Shown here: one piece after another, positions 9,101 to 16,355 of the stretch
Position numbering within the stretch: position 1 is the first letter of the stretch
Layout of the letters: each line of letters begins with the position of its first letter
Source: Leptolyngbyaceae cyanobacterium
GTDB lineage: Bacteria; Cyanobacteriota; Cyanobacteriia; Phormidesmidales; Phormidesmidaceae
DNA length: 17,792 nt
Direction: 5' to 3'
Assembly: GCA_050331235.1 (NCBI GenBank)
Contig: JBHJHA010000025.1
Coordinates: forward strand, 1-17,792
Translations under genes and position numbers: made by a program
The notes under the pieces: model-generated
Seen by the model: only the letters and a program-made list of their open reading frames with translations
The model's database searches: none
Told to the model about the DNA's origin: nothing

Positions 9101-12100
9101 GAGCGGAGCCCACAATTTGCGTCACTTGGCCCTCTGCGTTACGGGCAAAGACGGTGTCATGGCTGATCAGCCAGCGCCAGCTACCATCTCGATGACGCAT
9201 ACGATAGTCAAACTCTAAGACTTCGCCATCTTGAGCCGCCATGAGCCGCACCCAGTGGCTCTGGTAGAGATTCCAGTCTTCTTCATGCATCAACCGCCTC
9301 AGCAGCTCTGCCCCCATCGCCTGGATTTCTTCGGGGCTGTAGCCTAAGGTCTGACCGATTTCTTGGTTGACATAGAGGTTGCGCTGCTCACTCAAGTCAT
9401 ACAGGTAAATGAGGTGGGGCGAGGCATTGGCGATCTGCTCAATAAAGTGACGGCTTTCCCGCAGGGCGAGCTCCGCCTGACGGCGATCGCTGATGTCCGT
9501 AACCAGAACGTAATAACCATCCACGGTTTGGCCATTGACGTCGGGGACCAAAGAGGCCGTTACGTAGCGCGTGCCACCCTGCTGATAGGGTAATTCGGCT
9601 TCGTAGTTGACGGTTTCTCCAGCCAGCGCCCGCTCAATGTAGCCGCGGGTTTTAGCGTAGGCAGCAGCGCCAATCATGGCTTCCACCGTTTGACCGAGGA
9701 TTTCTGTCTTGCGACAGCCAAACCACGCTTCGAAGGTTTGGTTGACAAATTGATAGCGCTGCTGAGCATCGATGTAGGCAATGCAGCCATTGACGGAGTC
9801 GGTGACGAGCTGCAAACGTGCTTCGCTCGCCCGGAGTGACTGTTCAACCTGCTGTCGCTGCTGCAGTTCTTTTTGTAGCTGGTCGTATAGGCGAATTTGG
9901 CGAATGGCGATCGCTAGGTGATGGCTCAGCTGCTCCAGCACCTCAATTTCCCAAGGCTGCCACTGACGGGGGCGATCGCACTGATGTCCGATGAGCAGTC
10001 CCCAGACCTTACCGGCATCCTGATCCACAATGGGCACCATGATTTTGGCGGATACAGCAAAGGCCTGCTCCGCGAAGACCGACATGTGGTCCGGCAGCCC
10101 TTGTTGGGCAATATCATTAATCGCGAAGACCTCACCAGACAAGTAACGCCGATAGGCAGCGGGGGGAACATGTTTGCTCCTGACCTTTCGCCTTGAGAGG
10201 GGGACGCAGTTACATTTCAGCGACTCAGACGCAACCTTGACATTTCGACTATCGTCAATGGCGTAGATCAAGACGCGATCAATCTTGAGCAGTTGACGAA
10301 CTTGCTGAACTGTCAGGTCAAAAATTTCTTTTAGGCTGAGCGTTTGCCGAATCTGCTGCATGAGCAAAGTCAGGAGCCGCTCTTTTTGCAGCTGCTGCTG
10401 AAGCTGCGTTTCCATGAGTCGCCGCTCGGTAATATCTTCGTAGCAGCCTAAGAGACCGATGACTTCCCCCTGTTCGTTGCGTAGGGGCACCTTACTGGTG
10501 TCAAGATAAATAGTGGTCCCATCAGCCCGGCGCAGCGTTTCTGAAATATGTAGGCTGGATTCTCCTGACTCCATCACCTGGCGATCGCACGCATCGTAGA
10601 AGTCAGCTTCTTCCGAAGTTGCTGAAAAATCATGGTTGCCGCGACCAATGGCGGCTTCCACTGTGAGACCCAGATCAGCGGCAAACTGCTGATTGCATCC
10701 CAATAAGACGGCGTCCCGGTCTTTCCAAAAGATCCGCTGGGGAATGCTATCCATCACCAGGGTCAAGAGTTGGTTCGTCTGGTGCAGTTCGGCGGTTTGC
10801 GCACGTAATCGGTCATTCGCCGCCGAGAGGGCCTCGGTCCGCTGCGCGACTCGCTGCTCTAAAGCTTGATTGAGAACGTAAAGTTCTGCTTCTGCCTGCT
10901 TCCGCTCAGTGATATCGGTGTGGGTACCCAGCAACCGAGTCGGCTGCCCAGCGGTATCCCAAGCAACAAACTTGCCAACTGACAACACCCAGATCCAGGT
11001 GTCGTAGGCGGTGCGCATCCGAAAATCAACCCGATATTGCTGGGTTTCGCCCTGGGCATAGGCTTGGTAGGCCTGCTTCACCCGCTCTTGATCTTCCGGG
11101 TGGACGCGGGCTCGCCAAGACGTGACCGTTTCGGCAAAGGTTTGGGGCTCATAGCCCAACATCCGCGCATATTCGGGGCCGACGATCGCTTCATCGGTAG
11201 CTAGGTTGAGGTCATAAATGCCTTGATTAGCCGCACTTAGCGCTAATTGCAGCCGCTCTTGTACAGACTTGCGATCGCTGATGTCCTCAATTACCGCAAT
11301 AAAGTAATCGGGCTCACCGGCCTCATCACGCACTAGCGAAACCGTCAGATTAATCCAGACAATGTTCCCCGCTTTGTGGATATAGCGTTTTTCCAAGGTG
11401 TAGGTCGTTTCCACCCCCCGGAGCAGCCGGTTGACTTGGTTAAGATCGACGGCCAAGTCGTCCACATGGGTGATGTCTTGAAAGGTGAGATTGATCAACT
11501 CATCGTGACAGTAGCCAACAATGTCACAAAATCGCTGATTTAGACGGATAAAATCGCCCGTGGGGGAAACGTGAGATACCCCCACAGCGGCCTGCTCAAA
11601 CGTATCTCTAAACAAGGCTTCGCTGGCTTTGAGGCGTTCTTCAGCGGCATGTCTTTCGGTAATGTCGGTAATAGTGCCGACGTAGCCGGTCACCGCGCCC
11701 TGATCATCGATTTCAGCCACGGCTTGACCGTAAACCCAGGTAATCGTCTGCGTCGCATCCCAAAAGCGATATTCCAAGCTAAAGGGGCGATGATTTTGCG
11801 CGGCATCGTACCATTCTGCCATGATGGCCTCTCGATCATCTGGGTACAGACCGTCTACCCAACCTACCCCCATGGCCTGCGCGGGCTCCATGCCGGCAAT
11901 CTCAGACCAGCGATCGTTCACATAAACGCAATTACCTTCTGGGTCAGTCCGAAAGATGCCCACCGGAGCCGCCTTGGCCAAAGAGGCGTAGCGCTGCTCA
12001 CTTGCAATTAGGTTGAGTTGGGCTTGCTTTTGGGCGGTGATATCGACAAAGGAGACGATGACGCGATCGAGCGTCTGATCAGCCTTGAATAAAGGGTAGG

Positions 12101-13667
12101 CATTGACGAGCACCCACACTTGAACACCGCTATCAGGATGGTTAAACCCAATGATTACTTGCTCAAGTGCGGCATGGGTAGCCACCACGCGATTCACCGG
12201 ATAGTCGGCGACCGACAAGGGGGTGCCATCTTCTCTAACAAAGTACCAGGCTGAATCTAAAGCGGTTTTTCCCTGCATTTGGGCAGTACTGAGTCCCAGT
12301 AATTCAGTGGCCCGAGTGTTGGTTGTCAAAATCTCCGTATTGGCATCATGCACAATGACCCCTGCTGGCAAATGTTCGAGCAACAGTCGATAGTCGCGAT
12401 CGCGTTGATATAGCTGGGTTTCTGTCTGTTTGAAATCGGTCACATCCCGGCAGGAATACAGGACGGTCCCTTCGCCAATGCTGACAGCCTTGATATTGAC
12501 CAGTAAATCGTGGAGTGCTCCCGATTTGTCATAAATCTGAATTTCAAAGTTGATGAGTTCTTGCTGTCCCGCCAACGCCTCAGGATGGCAGTGGTCACTG
12601 CCTAACAGCGCCTGGATGGATCCCATCGCGGCCACTTCAGACGCTTCGTAACCAAAAATGGTGGAAACGTTAGGGCAAATAAAGGTAAACTGTCCAGCAC
12701 CATTGGTGACAAAAACCGCATCAGAAATACTGTGCAGAATACGGGTATACATCTCGGTCGTGCTGACCAAAGCTGTCATGGCGTCGTCGTGGTGCTGCCG
12801 TTCTTGTTGCACTTGCTCAAGTAGCTTGAGATTTTTGAGGACTGCACCAAGCTGAGCTGCAGCAAACTCCAGGGTTTTTAGACTGGTTGGGGGCCACTGG
12901 GGCGATCGCGGCGATCGCTCAACGACTAATGCACCCCAGCCTTCACTGGCCACGGTGATGGGTATTGCCGCGAGGATCTCGGTGGCGACCACAGCCGGCC
13001 CCCCAGGGGATGACTCAGGGGCAACGGGGTGTAGTTGGCTGGCTCCGCCTGACAACAGAGTGGTTACTTCCGCAGGCGCGATCGCCCGCTCAGCGGTCGA
13101 TTCAACGATGCGCCAACCCTCGACAGTGTCTGCCGTGCGGCGATATAGGCTGACCCGATGGGTCCAGGGCTCAGCCGCCAACCGGCAGACCACAAAGTGA
13201 GAGAGTGCGGCTAGGCTGTCCGTTTGGGCAGTACAGCCAGCAATCTCGATGAGGGCAGACACGGACGGTGGCGTTGGCTCAGCCGCTGCGGCAGGCAGCA
13301 CACCTGGGTGACCGTCAAGTACTCGCTGTGCTTTTACAGACAACGCGGTGTAAAAATGCTCTGAAGCCGCAATGACATAGTCTTGGGCCCCTCGGTGGAG
13401 AAGCTGTAAAGCCATCTCTTCCTGCTGAGGAGTCGCCGTAACCACTACCGGCGGCGGCATCGCCAGTAGTCTATCAACTTGATCGCGGTCAGCGGTAGCG
13501 GCGATCGCGGCATCGAGAATGATCAAGCTACAGTCAGCAATATCGGTCAGTGCTGGCAGGCGATCCATGGCCTCAACCGCACCATCTCTAGACCGCTGGC
13601 TAGGGGCAAAGGCCTGGATATGTGATGCGTGTTGCTCAAAATCAGCGTCTATCCAGAGCGTTTTCAT
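6171..13667 (-). CDS. Giant cytoplasmic multi-sensor hybrid histidine kinase: pseudoREC-GAF-PASx6-GAF-PASx2-GAF-HisKA-HATPase-REC-REC-HPt (2498 aa)
   Basis: Eight PAS/PAC units ending in D(I/V)(T/S) motifs (DVTDFK, DITAQK, DITERH, DISDRK, DITERK, DITERR, DISDRR, DVTSRK). Three GAFs (WGALVV, WGLLIGHQC, WGLLFIHHC). H-box SHEIRTPMN; NLVANAIKFT; GGTGLGL. REC1 FMVDYVMP, REC2 VLMDCQMP. HPt AHSLKG. No convincing TM segment. Confidence 0.94.
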   Translation of the reverse strand: MKTLWIDADFEQHASHIQAFAPSQRSRDGAVEAMDRLPALTDIADCSLIILDAAIAATADRDQVDRLLAMPPPVVVTATPQQEEMALQLLHRGAQDYVIAASEHFYTALSVKAQRVLDGHPGVLPAAAAEPTPPSVSALIEIAGCTAQTDSLAALSHFVVCRLAAEPWTHRVSLYRRTADTVEGWRIVESTAERAIAPAEVTTLLSGGASQLHPVAPESSPGGPAVVATEILAAIPITVASEGWGALVVERSPRSPQWPPTSLKTLEFAAAQLGAVLKNLKLLEQVQQERQHHDDAMTALVSTTEMYTRILHSISDAVFVTNGAGQFTFICPNVSTIFGYEASEVAAMGSIQALLGSDHCHPEALAGQQELINFEIQIYDKSGALHDLLVNIKAVSIGEGTVLYSCRDVTDFKQTETQLYQRDRDYRLLLEHLPAGVIVHDANTEILTTNTRATELLGLSTAQMQGKTALDSAWYFVREDGTPLSVADYPVNRVVATHAALEQVIIGFNHPDSGVQVWVLVNAYPLFKADQTLDRVIVSFVDITAQKQAQLNLIASEQRYASLAKAAPVGIFRTDPEGNCVYVNDRWSEIAGMEPAQAMGVGWVDGLYPDDREAIMAEWYDAAQNHRPFSLEYRFWDATQTITWVYGQAVAEIDDQGAVTGYVGTITDITERHAAEERLKASEALFRDTFEQAAVGVSHVSPTGDFIRLNQRFCDIVGYCHDELINLTFQDITHVDDLAVDLNQVNRLLRGVETTYTLEKRYIHKAGNIVWINLTVSLVRDEAGEPDYFIAVIEDISDRKSVQERLQLALSAANQGIYDLNLATDEAIVGPEYARMLGYEPQTFAETVTSWRARVHPEDQERVKQAYQAYAQGETQQYRVDFRMRTAYDTWIWVLSVGKFVAWDTAGQPTRLLGTHTDITERKQAEAELYVLNQALEQRVAQRTEALSAANDRLRAQTAELHQTNQLLTLVMDSIPQRIFWKDRDAVLLGCNQQFAADLGLTVEAAIGRGNHDFSATSEEADFYDACDRQVMESGESSLHISETLRRADGTTIYLDTSKVPLRNEQGEVIGLLGCYEDITERRLMETQLQQQLQKERLLTLLMQQIRQTLSLKEIFDLTVQQVRQLLKIDRVLIYAIDDSRNVKVASESLKCNCVPLSRRKVRSKHVPPAAYRRYLSGEVFAINDIAQQGLPDHMSVFAEQAFAVSAKIMVPIVDQDAGKVWGLLIGHQCDRPRQWQPWEIEVLEQLSHHLAIAIRQIRLYDQLQKELQQRQQVEQSLRASEARLQLVTDSVNGCIAYIDAQQRYQFVNQTFEAWFGCRKTEILGQTVEAMIGAAAYAKTRGYIERALAGETVNYEAELPYQQGGTRYVTASLVPDVNGQTVDGYYVLVTDISDRRQAELALRESRHFIEQIANASPHLIYLYDLSEQRNLYVNQEIGQTLGYSPEEIQAMGAELLRRLMHEEDWNLYQSHWVRLMAAQDGEVLEFDYRMRHRDGSWRWLISHDTVFARNAEGQVTQIVGSAQDVTSRKRAEALIQEQAVHEMLLREITQRLRSTLALPTIFATACDEIRKVLQCDQVSIFQFDPTSHLTAGQFVAEATTADGSSILHLRAADPHFPAAYAGPLSQGQHLISSDIEQTGPYPFYDQILPLLEVRAHMVLPLLRDEELWGLLFIHHCHTARPWQSSEIDLVQQLAVQMAIAVRQASLFERLEEELQERQNAEKQLTERNQQLAITNRELARATHMKDEFLANVSHEIRTPMNAIMGMTKLALETSLTARQRNYLAKIDKSAEALLHIINDILDFSKIEAGKLTLEQVPFSLDEVLSNLADVTGIQAGNKGLELLFDVAMDTPLSLQGDPFRLGQILLNLVANAIKFTETGHIVVSVAPVALGDRTCQLKFSITDTGIGLSAEQQASLFQAFSQGDTSTTRRFGGTGLGLVISKRLAHLMEGEIGVESQLGQGSTFWFTARFERSQARVKSARLKYQQRGDLKGTRILAVDDNAAARTIFQEVLSSFEFEVTVVDTADQAIATLQAADQADRPFDIFMVDYVMPDIDGISLIQRIRKSLSLKTNPAFVLVTAHRQLVVKETAYAASIQHFLYKPLQPSQLLEAIVEIMLPQEAKYQSVLANPNPPLLVRPAKTLAGVQVLLVEDHEINQELATEFLTAAGAIVTVANNGQEAYNYVRSESFDVVLMDCQMPVMDGYEATRQIRALPQADGLPIIAMTANVMPGDQQKCLAIGMNDYLAKPIVKDKLYAAILRWVSAEAAVSQVSVSVSADVSVRLPELAFQALGTFDVAMGLHFVGDNPQLYAKLLKQFWQKHQSFADQLHQALDAGNYTEATRMAHSLKGLCGTLGCGELRDRARILELSLREQGAGYDSAAVTSLVEILAQVLADLDQWQQSLSPPSAAQTAAQTAAQAIDWAAILQQIYRLSEELETDLGSALERLPALQSSLQSHPEAGQTINNLTQALEQFELDSAYAALEELSQLAESQLACDD
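6414..6448. repeat. 12-bp in-frame tandem repeat (TTGAGCGGCGGT x2 plus one imperfect copy) encoding AAQT-AAQT-AAQ
   Basis: Read directly at 6414-6425, 6426-6437 and 6438-6448, in the linker after the HPt domain. Confidence 0.85.
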
Positions 13668-14474
13668 TGCGCCTGCCTAAATTTGAGAAACGAACCGGGT
13701 CAAAAACTTTAAATAAGCTCAGTGACATCACTGTTTTTTGCCCTAAGAAATACTGTGGTGCCAAGCATTTCAGTACCTCTATATTGTTAACCTTCCCAGA
13801 AATGAGGCAGCCAACCTTTCTGGATATTATAAATTCCAAATCATCCTTTAAAACGCGATCGCGTTAGTTCAGAAAACCAGTCTCAGCCTTCGTTTCGTCA
13901 GCTACCTTGAGTGATCGAGGTGACCACTGACCGCAACCGGGTTCTTTCAAGCTCTTTGCAACTGACCAGATCAACGCCAGCGAATGGACAGCGTTGCCCC
14001 CCTCTTGGTCAATCGCATTGAGTATATTCACGAGTCGCGCAGCCAGAAGTGTGTGAAATAGTGTGAATTGATGAGCGCTTCATCCTGAAAGGTGGAAAGT
14101 TAAATATCGAAGCGAATATTAAGCGACAGCTTCTAACTCACCTTTCGCCTAATGCTGAAGCACGCTTTAGTCAAGTCGGGGTCTCTCCCTCGAGAACATC
14201 CGCTACCTAGTATGGATAGGCTGTCAACGACTTCACTGACTCCGAGTCAGCACCTGATCTGACGATCTCGGCATCAGTTCATCAGCTAATCAAGTCCAGC
14301 AGTCGACGAGTTTGTGCCTTGCTTCGCCAACTCGCCGTTTACATGGGTTCTTTTCGATCGCTTTTGTTGACTTCTCCCGTCCAATTTCACAGTTTTCTCA
14401 GAGACTCCGGACCATAGAGCAACAGTTTCATCACGGTTAGTTTTCTAGTTGGGTTTAGGCGCAGTTTATTGGCG
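13668..14474. promoter_or_regulatory. ~800-bp divergent intergenic control region
   Basis: Lies between head-to-head starts at 13667 (-) and 14475 (+). Contains AT-rich patches, the palindrome CAGTGA-CA-TCACTG (13720-13733), a GTGTGAA direct repeat (14051, 14061) and several hairpins. Actual promoters are not pinpointed. Confidence 0.6.
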
Positions 14475-16346
14475 ATGTCATCTACAACTATTCCAAAAAT
14501 TTTGATTATAGATGACCAACCAGAAAATATTCGGGTATTGATGGAGACCCTCAGGGGCACCTATACCATCGTTGCAGCCACCCATCCCCAGCAGGCGCGC
14601 AAGCTGGCACGCAAGTCGCCACAGCCCGACTTGATTTTGTTAGACATCGTGATGCCAGAAGTCGATGGTTACGAGCTATGCGCTGAGTTCAAGCAAGATC
14701 CAACCACCCAAGCAATTCCGATTGTGTTCCTTACGGCTCTCAAAGAACCCCAAGATGAAGTCAAGGGATTTCAGCTCGGGGGGGCAGACTACATTTTGAA
14801 GCCAGTCGACCCTATTGTCCTCAAAGCCCGCATCAAAAATCACTTAACCATTGTGCAGCTCATGGAGCAGCAGGCCCGAGCAGAGCAGCGGGTGACTCAG
14901 ACCAACCAACAGCTCCAGGCTGTCCTGAACGCTGTCCCCGGAATGGTCTCTTGGATTAGTCGAGATTTAAAGTACCTTGGCTGTAATCAACATTTGGCAG
15001 ATGCCTATGAAATGCAGCCAGAGGACTTTGTCGGGCACTCAGTTGGCTTCCAGGCAGAACCCATAGATTTCAGGAAGTTTGTCAAAGACTTCTTTGCGAG
15101 TTCTGAGCCAGAGGCTTTCAAGGAAATTTTGGTAGGCATTAAAGGCAATCAGCAGCCTTACTACTTGGTATCGCAAAAATATGACGATGGTAATGCCGCC
15201 GTCTTTGTCGGCATCAATGTCACTGATCGGGAACAGGCCAAGGCCGCCCTAAAGGATAGTGAAACTCGGTTTCGTAGCTTGGTAGAGCAAATTAACGACT
15301 GGGTCTGGGAAATTGACCTGGATTCTCGCTTTACTTACATCAGTCCGAAAGCGCAGGAAGTGACAGGTTATCAACCCGATGAGCTGATTGGCAAGCAGTT
15401 TACGGCGTTGATGTCAGCCGATGAAGGCATCCGGTTGATGACCATTTTTAGTCACTTTATGCGAGCACATCAGCCCTTTACTCAAATTGAGGTGAACTGC
15501 CAGCATCGCGATGGGCGATCGCTGGTGCTAGAGATCAGCGGTGCCCCCATTTTGGCTGTCCAGGGCAAAGTCCAAGGCTATCGAGGGATCACCCGGGATG
15601 TAACGGAGCGCAAGCAGGTAGAAATTGATATCCGTAAAGCACTAACTAAGGAAAAAGAGCTCAGCGATCTGAAGACTCGGTTTATTTCTATGGCTTCTCA
15701 CGAGTTTCGCACCCCATTGACAACTGTCTTGGCCTCCGCCGAAAGCCTCGAACGATATCGGCACAAATTTTCCCATGAGAAACAAACCGCTGTTCTCAAA
15801 CGCATCAAAGATTCTGTTCACCACATCAATTCGCTACTTAAAGACGTGTTGACGGCTGGGAAGGCCGAGGCTGGCAAATTCGTCTATCAGCCAGCCTCGC
15901 TAAACTTACGAGAATTTTGTGTGGATTTGATTGACGAAATTCAGGTAATTCAATCGGGTGAACGCTCACAAATTCAGTTTGAATACAGCGGTGAGACCGC
16001 GATCGGCAAGGCCGATGAAAAGCTGCTACGGCATATCTTGATTAATCTACTTTCCAATGCGATCAAATATTCTCCCGATCACACTCCAGTCACATTTTCG
16101 TTAACCGTGGCTGCTAATCGGGCAACCTTTCAAGTAGTTGATCAAGGCATTGGCATTTCAGCTCCAGACCAAGCTCACCTGTTTAACGCTTTTCACCGAG
16201 GCCACAACGTAGGCAATATCTCCGGCACCGGTCTCGGTTTGATGATTGCCAAACAAGCGACCGAAGCTCATCAGGGAACGATTTCGTGCTTCAGTGAATT
16301 AGGGGTAGGCACGAAATTTGTTGTTGATTTACCGTTTTTCCATTGA
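14475..16346 (+). CDS. Receiver-input histidine kinase: REC-PAS-PAS-HisKA-HATPase
   Basis: REC: ILIIDD, LILLDIVMP, FLTAL, DYILKP. PAS LNAVPGMVSW...GINVTDR and FRSLVEQINDWVWEID...DVTERK. H-box SHEFRTPL; NLLSNAIKYS; DQGIG; GTGLGL. ATG 14475 preferred over TTG 14469. Confidence 0.92.
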   Translation: MSSTTIPKILIIDDQPENIRVLMETLRGTYTIVAATHPQQARKLARKSPQPDLILLDIVMPEVDGYELCAEFKQDPTTQAIPIVFLTALKEPQDEVKGFQLGGADYILKPVDPIVLKARIKNHLTIVQLMEQQARAEQRVTQTNQQLQAVLNAVPGMVSWISRDLKYLGCNQHLADAYEMQPEDFVGHSVGFQAEPIDFRKFVKDFFASSEPEAFKEILVGIKGNQQPYYLVSQKYDDGNAAVFVGINVTDREQAKAALKDSETRFRSLVEQINDWVWEIDLDSRFTYISPKAQEVTGYQPDELIGKQFTALMSADEGIRLMTIFSHFMRAHQPFTQIEVNCQHRDGRSLVLEISGAPILAVQGKVQGYRGITRDVTERKQVEIDIRKALTKEKELSDLKTRFISMASHEFRTPLTTVLASAESLERYRHKFSHEKQTAVLKRIKDSVHHINSLLKDVLTAGKAEAGKFVYQPASLNLREFCVDLIDEIQVIQSGERSQIQFEYSGETAIGKADEKLLRHILINLLSNAIKYSPDHTPVTFSLTVAANRATFQVVDQGIGISAPDQAHLFNAFHRGHNVGNISGTGLGLMIAKQATEAHQGTISCFSELGVGTKFVVDLPFFH

Positions 16347-16355
16347 GGTCTACCT

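Noticed and set aside
9060..12760. LOV (flavin) photosensor among the PAS domains
   Set aside because: No GxNCRFLQ motif in any PAS; the nearest lookalike is IGRGNHDF.
620..13200. Many 60-146 aa antisense or alternate-frame ORFs inside the large genes
   Set aside because: Shadow ORFs of long coding regions with no domain-like features.
13852..13865. 14-bp palindrome AACGCGATCGCGTT as an operator
   Set aside because: The core is the ubiquitous HIP1 octamer; a 3-bp extension among 22 copies is plausible by chance.
13622..13867. Two short intergenic ORFs (81 aa plus, 65 aa minus)
   Set aside because: Non-ATG starts, overlap with the kinase start and no recognisable motif; small proteins cannot be excluded without ribosome profiling.
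13668..14474. c-di-GMP riboswitch in the intergenic region
   Set aside because: I found no GEMM-type motif arrangement despite the c-di-GMP context.
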